Shown: positions 30,262 through 40,024, counted from the first letter of the stretch. The stretch: DNA of 64,000 bases from Minisyncoccota bacterium (GCA_041917695.1 JAYRXE010000037.1:2155-66154), one strand, 5' to 3'. Notes: a model not told the origin generated them from the letters alone. Numbers and translations: made by a program.

Positions 30262-31752
30262 ATGAACCCTATACATCACGAAAAATTTGAATCCGAATCG
30301 AAGCGGCTTTTTCTCGACCCCGCGCGGAAAGCGGAAATCCGGGCGAACCTCGTTTCCTTCATGGAAAAGGCTCCCGTAAGGGATGAGGTTCCCAATCGTT
30401 ATATGAATATGGGCCAGGCCTTGTCCGGCCGGCTCGAGCGAATAATGTCGCTCAAAAAGAATGTATTACGTATCATGCCTATTGCACTTATTTTGGCGCT
30501 GATTTTGGGAGGGGGCGCCACCTTTGCGGCGGAGTCGGCCCTTCCGGGCGACACGCTGTATCCTGTTAAGGTCGAAGTGAACGAGAATGTCCGCGGGTGG
30601 TTTGCCGCGTCCGACGAAGCGAAAGCCAAGTGGGAATCGGAACTCGCCGAACGCCGGCTTGAAGAAGCTGAAAAACTGGCGGCTGACGGCCGCTTGGATG
30701 CGTCAGCGACTGCCGATTTGAAATCGCGTTTTTCGGAGCATTCGGCGGAAGTGAAGAGCCGGGTCGAGGTGATGGAATCGGCGGACGATAGCCGTCCTGC
30801 CGCGCTTTCCGTGAGCTCCGATTTTGACGCTAAGCTCCGCGCACACACCGATATCCTTACCGCTCTTTCGGTGAAAAAGACTGAAGTTGCGGATGACGTG
30901 AGGGATATCGTGGCGGTAGTGAACGCCGAAGCGAACGCCGTCGCTTCCGTGAAAGCGGATGCCGAGTCGGGCATTGCCCGCGGGAACGCTGAAGCCGAAG
31001 TGAAGATTCGCGCAGCGGCCGAAGCGCGCCGGAAAGCGGCAGAGCAGAAGATCGCTGAAGCGAGAAAACTCCTTTCCGCACCGCAGGTAGCCGATGTGGC
31101 GACCTACGCTGAAGCTGAAGCGAAAATCAAACTTGCCGATGAGCTCTATGGCCAGGGCGAGGGGTATTTCAAGGCTGAGGCGTATGGCAAGGCTTTCGTT
31201 TCTTTCCAGGAAGCCTTCGCCAACGCGGTGAAAGCGTGGACGGTCCTCCGAGGGAGCGCCGCGCTCCAGGTTTCGGTGGGAAGCGCGACGACGGTAAGTC
31301 CGGGTATTGCGCCGAATCCCAATCCCAACCAGGGGCAAAAGACCCCGCAGACGGTTGCTGAGGCGAAATACCGCGAGGCCGTTTCCACCATTGCGGAAAT
31401 CAGGACTTTCATTTCGGTCCGCCTGGGCGTTATGACGGAAGAGATGGCAAAACGCGTCGAGGCCCAGTTGGCGCTTGCCGACCGCTTAGTTGCGGAAGGG
31501 AAGTCCTACTTCAGCGCCGGTGCGTATGAGAAGGCTTCCGTAAGCTTTGACGGAGCCACCGAGGCGGCGAAGGCGGTCCATAAGATCCTCTATGGCGACG
31601 ACCCGCGCGTCCCTGCGGCGGGAAATCTCGTTCCTGTTCAAAAAACGAGTCCGTCCGGCGAGGTTGAGATAGAGTTCGAGGATTCCTTGGAATCCGGCAA
31701 GAACCGCTCAAGCGGCTCCGGCAGCGGGAGCGTCGAAGTGAAACTTCGGTAA
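30262..31752 (+). CDS. putative anti-sigma / DUF5667-like protein
   Basis: TM then AAESALPGDTLYPVK...ERRLEEA motif; follows ECF sigma. Confidence 0.75.
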   Translation: MNPIHHEKFESESKRLFLDPARKAEIRANLVSFMEKAPVRDEVPNRYMNMGQALSGRLERIMSLKKNVLRIMPIALILALILGGGATFAAESALPGDTLYPVKVEVNENVRGWFAASDEAKAKWESELAERRLEEAEKLAADGRLDASATADLKSRFSEHSAEVKSRVEVMESADDSRPAALSVSSDFDAKLRAHTDILTALSVKKTEVADDVRDIVAVVNAEANAVASVKADAESGIARGNAEAEVKIRAAAEARRKAAEQKIAEARKLLSAPQVADVATYAEAEAKIKLADELYGQGEGYFKAEAYGKAFVSFQEAFANAVKAWTVLRGSAALQVSVGSATTVSPGIAPNPNPNQGQKTPQTVAEAKYREAVSTIAEIRTFISVRLGVMTEEMAKRVEAQLALADRLVAEGKSYFSAGAYEKASVSFDGATEAAKAVHKILYGDDPRVPAAGNLVPVQKTSPSGEVEIEFEDSLESGKNRSSGSGSGSVEVKLR

Positions 31753-31765
31753 TTCCCGCCCTCTT

Positions 31766-31791
31766 AAAATCCCCCTACGCGGGGGATTTTT
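31766..31791 (+). terminator. intrinsic terminator
   Basis: AAAATCCCCC-TACGC-GGGGGATTTTT. Confidence 0.75.
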
Positions 31792-31857
31792 ATTTGACTC
31801 ATCCGCCGTTTTTCGGCGATAGTGAGAGCAGAATTTTAAACAGTTGAAAGGAGGCAT

Positions 31858-32250
31858 ATGAGCCATTTGTTGTATCTTTTGGCTTCCCGCGTTCCTACTC
31901 CCATCATAATTATCCGTTTGCGCGCACCTGAACCGCCTGACGCGCGCGAGGGCGAGGTTGAGGTGGGGAATCTTTCCGACCGTGAGAAAGAGCTCTATCG
32001 CATGGCCGAAGACCTCTTTTGGGACGCGCTTCGCTTAAAAGCCTTATATAAGGAAGAGCGAAGCAGGAAGTTGCGCGAACTTTTGCTTGCCGAATCGCAA
32101 TACCTTTGCGATGAGTGCATTCGCATGGAACAGGAGCTCTATAGCCGCATCCGCTTTAAATTTCCGAGCCCCTATTTCGCAGGCCAAGTGAGAATCCGCA
32201 AGGATTATAAGATCGTCCGGGAGAAAAAGGGGAGAAGGAATTATTTGTAA
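31858..32250 (+). CDS. hypothetical protein (solo cassette)
   Basis: TTGACT promoter, GAAAGGAGG SD, terminator 32250-32282. Confidence 0.7.
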   Translation: MSHLLYLLASRVPTPIIIIRLRAPEPPDAREGEVEVGNLSDREKELYRMAEDLFWDALRLKALYKEERSRKLRELLLAESQYLCDECIRMEQELYSRIRFKFPSPYFAGQVRIRKDYKIVREKKGRRNYL

Positions 32251-32351
32251 AAAACCGCCAGATAAGGCGGTTTTGATTTTTTATCCTTAAATCTGTATCG
32301 TGGGTAGAGTTAAATTATAAATTTTTCCATAGCATAGAAAGGAGGCGGCGT

Positions 32352-32708
32352 ATGCCCTACGGAATGAGTCAGAAAGACGTCGATTATAATCAAAGGCTTG
32401 AAAAGCAGTTTCGGAAAAAGCGGGAGATGAAAAAACTTCTGGAAGACCCCGTGTATGGCGAAAAGCTTTTGAATATGCATTGGCAGGAGACTGAGCTTGG
32501 AACGATAAGCACGCGTTCATTGAACATCCTTATTTGGGCCAAGGGAACCAGGGCTCCGCTGAAAGATATTCTTACCCTTACCGAACACAGGCTTTTATCT
32601 TTCAGAAGCTGCGGAAAAAAGTCGGTGGCTGAAATCAATGAAAAGCTCAAAGAGATGGGGTTGCATTTAGGAATGCAATTACCGGAAGAAAAAAAGATCC
32701 CCACATGA
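32352..32708 (+). CDS. stand-alone RNA polymerase alpha-CTD domain protein
   Basis: ISTRSLNIL...LTEHRLLSFRSCGKKSVAEINEKLKEMGLHLGM matches the alpha-CTD pattern; GAAAGGAGG SD. Confidence 0.8.
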   Translation: MPYGMSQKDVDYNQRLEKQFRKKREMKKLLEDPVYGEKLLNMHWQETELGTISTRSLNILIWAKGTRAPLKDILTLTEHRLLSFRSCGKKSVAEINEKLKEMGLHLGMQLPEEKKIPT

Positions 32709-32728
32709 CGCGGGGATTTTTCTTTTTA

Positions 32729-32885
32729 CTGTGGAGATGGTGGGAATTTCACATCGCTCCGCTCTTTGGAACCCAGCGGTTCCAATACCTCCGCCACGGG
32801 GAAACTCTCGTTTCCCTGGCCCCTTTCCTAGTTCAACTCCATATCTCCGAAATCAAATTACCTCCCATTGGGAGGTAATTTGATT
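32729..32885 (-). mobile_element. tRNA/tmRNA 3'-end-associated element E1 (157 bp)
   Basis: 17-bp direct repeat CTGTGGAGATGGTGGGA at 32729 and 32886; inverted T-arm copy 32831-32850; core shared with E2-E4. Confidence 0.75.
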
Positions 32886-32888
32886 CTG

Positions 32889-33218
32889 TGGAGATGGTGG
32901 GAGTTGAACCCACGTCCGATGAGGAGCGTCCATGCGATCTACGAGCGTAGTTTCTGATTGCTCAGAGGAACGATATTCCGAACTGGATTTCTCGCTTTCC
33001 CTTCTTTGTCCGGAGGGTCCGGAAAAGCCAGCCTAAGGTATTACACCGGATGCCTCCTATTAGGCATCAGAGTCCGATGTCCGGAGCGTTACGCCGCGAA
33101 GGCGAACGCCGGAACTGCAACTTTGTTGTTGTCAGTTAGTGTTTGTGGCCGGAGTACGAGCGTGCCGTCTCGGCCCGCACGCGTGAGCGCTTTCTTACCG
33201 TCGAAGCCCGACATCCCC
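32889..33218 (-). ncRNA. ssrA: tmRNA
   Basis: 5' GGGGATG...TTCGAC, 3' GGGTTCAACTCCCACCATCTCCA with G3.U70; tag (A)DNNKVAVPAFAFAA*; near smpB. Confidence 0.95.
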
Positions 33219-33267
33219 TAAAACATTTTACTGCGTAAAATGTTCGGGCGATCACGCGTTGCGTGAT

Positions 33268-33543
33268 TTAGCCCTTGCCTATATTTCGTCTTTTAAGGAA
33301 CTCGCTTTTAAGCCTTTGCTTAAATCGGCCACCCCATAGGCTTTTCAGGAATCGCTCGCGATTGAAAGCTTCGGTTTTATCCAAAAACTTTTCAGAATGA
33401 ATCAGAGTTAGCGGGCGGCGATTGTGAGTTGCTTCGACAATTCCTTGTTCATGCGCCTTTAGTCGATGCTCAAGATTTGAAGTGCATCCCACATAAAGTT
33501 TTTCGTCTTTCTCACTGAAGAGAATATAAACGAAATATTCCAT
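33268..33543 (-). CDS. GIY-YIG nuclease (SLX1/UPF0213-like)
   Basis: FVYIL...LYVGCTSNLEHRLKAH...AFNRERFLK. Confidence 0.9.
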   Translation of the reverse strand: MEYFVYILFSEKDEKLYVGCTSNLEHRLKAHEQGIVEATHNRRPLTLIHSEKFLDKTEAFNRERFLKSLWGGRFKQRLKSEFLKRRNIGKG

Positions 33544-33547
33544 AAAC

Positions 33548-33988
33548 CTATTTGTGAAACCTGCGGATTTCGCGTTCGGTTTCGCGCTTCTTGATCACCT
33601 CGCGCTTGTCGAACTGCTTTTTCCCGCGCCCGAGTCCAAGCTCAAGCTTCAGGAATCCGCGCTTATTGTTATAGAGCGAGACGGGGACGAGGGTCAAGCC
33701 GGTTTTCATTTTTTCAGCGAGGGTTTTCAGCTCTTTTTTACCGAGAAGGAGTTTCCGCGTCCGGTCCGGCTTGTGGGATTCGGGGACGTTTCCCGGCTGG
33801 AAGGGCTGGATCATGAGGCCGACCACGAAAGCCTCGCCGTTCCGGATGATGGCGTGCGAGCCCTGGAGGTTCGCCCGGCCCATTTTCACCGATTTCGCCT
33901 CAAGACCGGTCAAAACAACCCCCGCCTCGAGGGTGTCGAGTATCTCATAGTCGAATCTAGCTCTTTTATTGACGGCGTAGGGTTCCAT
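33548..33988 (-). CDS. smpB: SsrA-binding protein SmpB
   Basis: NKRARFDYEI, EAGVVLTGLEAKS, RTRKLLL, GKKQFDKRE. Confidence 0.97.
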   Translation of the reverse strand: MEPYAVNKRARFDYEILDTLEAGVVLTGLEAKSVKMGRANLQGSHAIIRNGEAFVVGLMIQPFQPGNVPESHKPDRTRKLLLGKKELKTLAEKMKTGLTLVPVSLYNNKRGFLKLELGLGRGKKQFDKREVIKKRETEREIRRFHK

Positions 33989-34041
33989 ACGTAGCCTAAG
34001 GGTAGCATTTAATATCAATTTAAAAAAAGAAAGGAGGCCGT

Positions 34042-34836
34042 ATGCGCCGACTCATCATAGCCGATTTGGACGACACCCTGATCGACAGCGAAGAGCAGAT
34101 ATACCGGGAAGGCCAGCGACGGGTCCTTTCCTTCCTTCAGCAGACGTTTGACGTTTCCCACGAGGAATTTTCAGTGCTCCAGCGCGAGCTGACGCACGCG
34201 TTACACGAAAAGATAAATCCGGAAAACGGAAAACCGTACCATTACAGCCTTGAGCGATATACGCACGGGCTCCGGGACTGTTACCGTTCGTTATGCAAAA
34301 AACATGGCGTGAAAGAAGCGAAAGAGATGTCCCGGCAGGTGATTCGGCTCGCCGAGAGCGTTTTTTCGGAAGACATCATCCGTGCATGCATCAAGCTCGA
34401 AACCTTCGACTTCATGCGTTTTTGCCGGAAGAACGATATTGCCGTCTTTGTCCTTACCAAGGGCGAAGAAAATATCCAGCATATGAAGTTGAGAATTCTC
34501 TATCAGGAACTTGAAAAAAGGAATTCTCACGCGGTATATGCGTCCGAAATAGCCACGCGGGATAAGACCCCGGAACATTTTCAGAAGCTTATGGATGTTG
34601 TGAAAGGGAAGCCTGTGGAGATATACGTTATGGGCAATTCCTTTGAAAAAGACATCCGGCCCGCCCTTGATGCATTCCCGGAGGTAAAAGGAATCTTTGT
34701 TCCCTGCCAAATTTGGGAATCGAACGTCGAGGAAGAGCTCAAAACGGTATGCGGAAAATATTCCGGCCGGTGTGTTATCGCACACAACCTTATTGAAGTA
34801 ATATCGGTATTGAAAAATGAAACCGCCATCGCGTAA
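34042..34836 (+). CDS. HAD family hydrolase (solo cassette)
   Basis: DLDDTL motif I, LTKG, MGNSFEKDI; GAAAGGAGG SD; terminator 34820-34859. Confidence 0.85.
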   Translation: MRRLIIADLDDTLIDSEEQIYREGQRRVLSFLQQTFDVSHEEFSVLQRELTHALHEKINPENGKPYHYSLERYTHGLRDCYRSLCKKHGVKEAKEMSRQVIRLAESVFSEDIIRACIKLETFDFMRFCRKNDIAVFVLTKGEENIQHMKLRILYQELEKRNSHAVYASEIATRDKTPEHFQKLMDVVKGKPVEIYVMGNSFEKDIRPALDAFPEVKGIFVPCQIWESNVEEELKTVCGKYSGRCVIAHNLIEVISVLKNETAIA

Positions 34837-34897
34837 GAAACGGGGCGGTTTTTATTTTTGCGCCTCGGATGAAAGTCCGCTAAAGTAAATATCGAAC

Positions 34898-36517
34898 ATG
34901 GTACGGGAAAACATACGGAAATATATAGCGAAAACCATCCCCGCCGGGGAGATTTTTTCCGTCGATTTCCAGGAGAAAGACCCCCAGAAATTCGGCCATT
35001 ACGCGACGAATGCCGCGCTCCTTTCCGCGAAGAAAGAAGGGAAAAATCCCCTTGAAACAGCGGAGCGCATTGCGGAGGCTTTGCGGAAAGAGAAGGATTT
35101 TTTTGCGCGGGTTGAAGTCGCCCCGCCGGGCTTCGTGAACATGTGGCTTTCTCCGTCGGTGCTTTTTGGCGCCGTTACGGAAGCGCGGGGCCTTGAGGGC
35201 GCGTATGGCAGGAACGATTCGGGCGCTGGGAAAAAGGCCCGGGTCGAATACGTTTCCGCGAACCCCACCGGACCGCTCCACGTGGGGAACGCGCGGGGCG
35301 GGCCGATCGGAGAAGCGCTCGCGAAAGCGCTCGAACTTTCGGGCTACACGGTGCTTCGCGAATACATCCATAACGATGCGGGAAACCAAGTCGAGAAGAT
35401 GGGCGAAACGGTCTTTTACTGGTGCGAGAAGCTCCAGGGAAGGGAGAGCGCGTTTCCAGAGGGGGGATACGCCGGCGAATATCTTTCCGAGGTCGCCGGC
35501 GCGTTCTTGAAGCACAGCGGCGGAAAAGCCACGCGTGATGATTTGCATGCCATGACCGATTTCGCGCTCCGCTATATCTATGCGGAAAACATCGAAACCC
35601 TGAAGCGGATGGGTATTGCGTTCGACTACGTCGTGAAGGAGAGTGAGCTCATTTCGTCCGGTAAAACAGAGCAGGCTCTTGCGGAGCTCGATTCCCGGGG
35701 CGTTTTAAAAGAAAAAGAAGGCGCGGTTTGGTTCCAGCCGAACGACGAATTCCTGGAAGACCGCGAGACGGTTGTCCGCCGCTCGAACGGGAAGCCGACC
35801 TATTTCGCTTCCGACATCGCCTATCATAAAGACAAGTTCTCGAGCGGGTACGATCTCGTCATCGATGTTTTCGGTTCGAACCACCATGGCCACGTGCCGA
35901 AACTGCAGGCGCTCACGAAAATCTTCAATTTTCCTTCCGAACGCTTTTTTGTCCTTTTGTACCAATATGTGCGCCTCAAGCGGGGGAGCGAGGTCGTAAA
36001 GATGGCAAAGCGCGCGGGAACGTATGTGACCGCGAAAGAGGTGCTCGACGAGGTGGGCGCGGACAATATGGTTTTTTCATTCCTCCTGAATTCCCCGAAC
36101 ACGCATATCGATTTCGATTTGGAGGGAGTGAAGGCGGAATCAATGAAAAACCCCGTTTATTACGTGCAATATGCCGCGGTGCGCGCGGGGAGCATTCTTC
36201 AGAAGGCGAAAGCCGAAGGCGTGATACCGCTGGAAAACTTTACGAATCTCACGACGCCGGAGGACGAGTTTCTCATCCGCAAGGTTGCGGAATACCCCGA
36301 AGTCATTTTCGACACCGCCCGCGACTTCGAGGTCCAGCGCCTCACGCGGTTTGCCGTCGACCTGGCCCGGGGGTTCCATTCGTTCTATGAAAAGGAGCGC
36401 ATCGTGGGCGAGCCGGCAGAAATCGCCGGGGAGCGCATGGCGCTCGTCGCCGGGGTTTTGCAGGTTTTGAAAAACGTATTGGCGACCATCGGCATTTCCG
36501 CGCCGGACAAAATGTAA
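34898..36517 (+). CDS. argS: arginine--tRNA ligase
   Basis: EYVSANPTGPLHVGNARG, KMAKRAG, YYVQYA. Confidence 0.97.
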   Translation: MVRENIRKYIAKTIPAGEIFSVDFQEKDPQKFGHYATNAALLSAKKEGKNPLETAERIAEALRKEKDFFARVEVAPPGFVNMWLSPSVLFGAVTEARGLEGAYGRNDSGAGKKARVEYVSANPTGPLHVGNARGGPIGEALAKALELSGYTVLREYIHNDAGNQVEKMGETVFYWCEKLQGRESAFPEGGYAGEYLSEVAGAFLKHSGGKATRDDLHAMTDFALRYIYAENIETLKRMGIAFDYVVKESELISSGKTEQALAELDSRGVLKEKEGAVWFQPNDEFLEDRETVVRRSNGKPTYFASDIAYHKDKFSSGYDLVIDVFGSNHHGHVPKLQALTKIFNFPSERFFVLLYQYVRLKRGSEVVKMAKRAGTYVTAKEVLDEVGADNMVFSFLLNSPNTHIDFDLEGVKAESMKNPVYYVQYAAVRAGSILQKAKAEGVIPLENFTNLTTPEDEFLIRKVAEYPEVIFDTARDFEVQRLTRFAVDLARGFHSFYEKERIVGEPAEIAGERMALVAGVLQVLKNVLATIGISAPDKM

Positions 36518-36525
36518 CCGCACCT

Positions 36526-39500
36526 ATGCTGAAGAAGATAGAAAAATTCTCACTCCCGGACGTCGAAACGCGCGTCCTGGAATTTTGGAAGAAGAACAAG
36601 ACGTTCGAGCGCGCGCTTTCCCGCGGGAAAAAGCGGAAGACTTTTGTTTTTTACGAAGGCCCGCCGACGGCGAACGGCCGCCCCGGCATCCACCATGTGC
36701 TCGGCCGGGCCTTTAAGGACGTCGTTTTGCGGTACAAGACGATGCGGGGCTACCACGTTCCGCGGAAGGGCGGATGGGATACCCACGGGCTTCCCGTCGA
36801 GATTGAAGTGGAAAAAACCCTTGGGCTCAAATCGAAGCGGGAAATCGAGGAATACGGCGTTGCCGAGTTTAATGCGGAATGCCGCAAGTCGGTGTGGAAG
36901 TACAAGGATGAATGGGAGCGGCTCACGGAACGCATGGGCTTTTGGCTCGATATGGACCGGCCGTACGTTACGTATAAGAACGAATATATTTCTGTCGTAT
37001 GGCAGGTCGTGAAGGAAATCGAGAAACGGGGCCTCATCTATAAGGGGCATAAGATCGTTCCGTGGTGCACGCGGTGCGGCACCGCGCTTTCCTCCCATGA
37101 GCTCGCGCAAGGCTACCGGGAGGTTACGGACAATTCGGTATATGTGAAATTCAAGGTTGCGAGCAAGGCCTTTAACGACGGCACTCCCGTTCCGCCGAAC
37201 ACCTACATTCTTTCGTGGACGACGACTCCCTGGACGCTTCCGGGGAACGTTGCCCTCGCCGTCGGTAAAAAAATATCTTATTCATATATTGAGGTAGGGG
37301 ATGAGCGGTATATTGTTGCGACTGATCTCATCACGAAAATCTTTCCATCTTCGGAAGATACGGCTCGGAGCGGAAAAGAGTTCCTGGGGGAAAACCTTCT
37401 TGGTTTGCGGTACGACCCGCTTTTCCGGGTTAATTCTAAGGAATTTGAAAACAATGAGCGCGCCTTCACGGTGCAACCCGCAGATTTCGTAACGACGACG
37501 GACGGCACGGGTGTCGTGCATACCGCCGTGATGTACGGCGAGGATGACTACCGGCTCGGCGAGGAGCTCGGCCTTCCGCAATTCCATACGGTTTCAGCCG
37601 ACGGGCGTTTTGTTCCCGACGTTGAGGGTATTGCGGGGGAGAAGGCGAAGACCCCGGAGACCGAGGAAAAAATTTTCACCCATCTGCGTTCCCGGGGGCT
37701 GCTTTTCAAGATCGAGCCGTATGTCCATGAATACCCGCATTGTTGGCGTTGCGGAACGCCGCTCCTCTACTACGCGAGGCATTCGTGGTTTGTGCGCATG
37801 AGCAGCCTGCGCGGAGCGCTTATGAAGGAAAACGCGAAGATCAACTGGATTCCCGAGAATCTGCGCGAGGGCCGGTTCGGTGCGTGGCTTTCCGAGGCGA
37901 AGGATTGGGCGATTTCGCGCGAGCGGTATTGGGGTACGCCTTTGCCCATATGGGAATGCGACCGCTGCCCCGAACGGAGGGTCGTAACGGGGGATGCTGA
38001 TTTTGCGGAGCTCAAGCCGAAAAACCGCTATATCCTCATGCGCCACGGCTATTCCGAAAGCAATGCGAAAGATATGCTCGATTCGCACGGCGGCAAGAAG
38101 ACCTTTCCGCTTACGAAACGCGGAGAGCGCGAAGCGCGGGAAGCCGCACGGAAGCTCGGGAAGGAAAAAGTCGACGTCGTATTCGCTTCGGATGTGTACC
38201 GCGCGAAACAGACGGCGGAAATCGTTTCCGAGGCGCTCGGCGCCCCCGTGCACATCGATCCGCGCTTACGCGAAATAAACGTAGGATCGCTTGCCGGAAC
38301 GTCCCACCGGAAATTCGACGCCCTCCCCGAAAAACTGAAATTTCTCGAGGCGGTTCCGGGCGGAGAATCCCGCAATGATGTGCGCCGCCGAGTATACGCT
38401 TTTTTGAAGGAATGCGAGGAAAAATACGACGGGCAGACGATCCTTGTCGTGAGCCATGACGATCCGTTGTGGATGATGCTTGCCGTGATGAACGGCTGGG
38501 ATTCCGACGAGGCGATCGCGTGGGCGAAACGCAAAAAAGGAGCCTTGTTTCCCTTTGCGGGCTTTTCCAAAGCCGACTATCGGGTGATTCCCCGCGATGA
38601 ATTGGGGGTGAAGGATTACCACAAGCCGTATATCGACGAGATGGCTTTCCCGTGCGTGTGCGGGGGGAGGATGCGCCGCGCGCCGGAGGTCATGGACGTG
38701 TGGTTCGATTCCGGTTCGATGCCCTGGGCGCAAAAAGGGTACCTGTATGCCCCGAAAGCCAAAAGAATCGACCGTTCAGACTTCCCGGCTGATTATATCG
38801 CCGAAGGCGTCGACCAGACCCGCGGGTGGTTCTACACCATGCTTGCCATCGGCGTTCTTTTGGAGGCGGGTTCTCCCTATAAGACGGCGATGTCTTTGGG
38901 GCTCCTCTTGGATTCCAAAGGCCAAAAAATGTCCAAGTCGAAAGGCAACGTGGTCGATCCCTGGGAGATGATGGAGCGCCACGGCGTTGACGTTGCGCGC
39001 TGGTTTTTCTTCACGGTGAATCCGCCCGGCGAGCCGAAGCGCTTCGACGAACGCGAGCTCGTGAAGGTTTCCCGGCAGGTCTTCATGATTCTTTACAACT
39101 CGTTCGCCTTCCTCGATTTATACGGGAAGCAAACCGCGCGACGGAAAATCGTTCCGACCCACGTGCTCGACCGGTGGGTGATGGCGCGGCTTCACGCGAC
39201 GATTCAAGCGACTCAAAAGGCCATGGACGCGTATGAAATAGGGGACGCCGCCCGCGCAATCCAGGGACTCGTGGACGACCTTTCGCGCTGGCATATCCGC
39301 CGGAGCCGGAAGCGTTTCCAACGGCCCGTCTCGCAAAAAGACCGCGAGCAGGCTTCCGCGGTCCTCGCGCACGTGATGCGGGAGATCGCAAAGCTTCTGG
39401 CGCCTTTCACGCCGTTCTTCGCGGAGGCACTCTATAAATCCCTTTCGCAGAAGGCGTCTGATTCCGTGCATCTTGCTTCCTGGCCGGCGTTTGAGAAAAA

Positions 39501-40011
39501 GCTTTTTGACGCGAAACTCCTTTCCTACATGGAGGAGACTCGCCGCATTGCGAGCCTCACGCTCGCCAAGCGCGCCGAACTGGGCATCAAGGTCCGCCAA
39601 CCCCTTGCCGAGTTGCGCGTGAAATCCACCCTTTTGAAGGGCGTGAAGGCGAAGGAATGCCTCCTTATTTTGAAGGACGAGGTGAACGTGAAGCGCGTCG
39701 TTTTCGACCCATCGCTTACCGAAGAAATAACGCTCGATACGGCGATCACCCCCGAATTGAAGGAAGAGGGTTTGCTTCGCGAGCTTGTCCGCGCCATCCA
39801 GGAACTCCGTCAGGAAGCGGGGTTCGTACCGAAAGACAAGGTGCGCGTCTACGTTTCGGGCGCGGGTTTGGGGCTTATCGAACGCCACGGCGATTTCCTG
39901 AAGCGGGAAGTGAATGCGCGCTCCATCGAATTCCAGCATTTGGTGAAAAAAGCGAAAGCCGAAACGACCGTAGACCTCGACGAGGGCCACGCCTGGATCG
40001 GCGTCCTCTAA
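36526..40011 (+). CDS. ileS: isoleucine--tRNA ligase (type 2) with inserted histidine-phosphatase domain
   Basis: EGPPTANG, GWDTHGLP, WTTTPWTL, SRERYWG, KMSKS; RHG domain at about 38020-38580. Confidence 0.95.
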   Translation: MLKKIEKFSLPDVETRVLEFWKKNKTFERALSRGKKRKTFVFYEGPPTANGRPGIHHVLGRAFKDVVLRYKTMRGYHVPRKGGWDTHGLPVEIEVEKTLGLKSKREIEEYGVAEFNAECRKSVWKYKDEWERLTERMGFWLDMDRPYVTYKNEYISVVWQVVKEIEKRGLIYKGHKIVPWCTRCGTALSSHELAQGYREVTDNSVYVKFKVASKAFNDGTPVPPNTYILSWTTTPWTLPGNVALAVGKKISYSYIEVGDERYIVATDLITKIFPSSEDTARSGKEFLGENLLGLRYDPLFRVNSKEFENNERAFTVQPADFVTTTDGTGVVHTAVMYGEDDYRLGEELGLPQFHTVSADGRFVPDVEGIAGEKAKTPETEEKIFTHLRSRGLLFKIEPYVHEYPHCWRCGTPLLYYARHSWFVRMSSLRGALMKENAKINWIPENLREGRFGAWLSEAKDWAISRERYWGTPLPIWECDRCPERRVVTGDADFAELKPKNRYILMRHGYSESNAKDMLDSHGGKKTFPLTKRGEREAREAARKLGKEKVDVVFASDVYRAKQTAEIVSEALGAPVHIDPRLREINVGSLAGTSHRKFDALPEKLKFLEAVPGGESRNDVRRRVYAFLKECEEKYDGQTILVVSHDDPLWMMLAVMNGWDSDEAIAWAKRKKGALFPFAGFSKADYRVIPRDELGVKDYHKPYIDEMAFPCVCGGRMRRAPEVMDVWFDSGSMPWAQKGYLYAPKAKRIDRSDFPADYIAEGVDQTRGWFYTMLAIGVLLEAGSPYKTAMSLGLLLDSKGQKMSKSKGNVVDPWEMMERHGVDVARWFFFTVNPPGEPKRFDERELVKVSRQVFMILYNSFAFLDLYGKQTARRKIVPTHVLDRWVMARLHATIQATQKAMDAYEIGDAARAIQGLVDDLSRWHIRRSRKRFQRPVSQKDREQASAVLAHVMREIAKLLAPFTPFFAEALYKSLSQKASDSVHLASWPAFEKKLFDAKLLSYMEETRRIASLTLAKRAELGIKVRQPLAELRVKSTLLKGVKAKECLLILKDEVNVKRVVFDPSLTEEITLDTAITPELKEEGLLRELVRAIQELRQEAGFVPKDKVRVYVSGAGLGLIERHGDFLKREVNARSIEFQHLVKKAKAETTVDLDEGHAWIGVL

Positions 40012-40024
40012 AATAGGGAAAACA

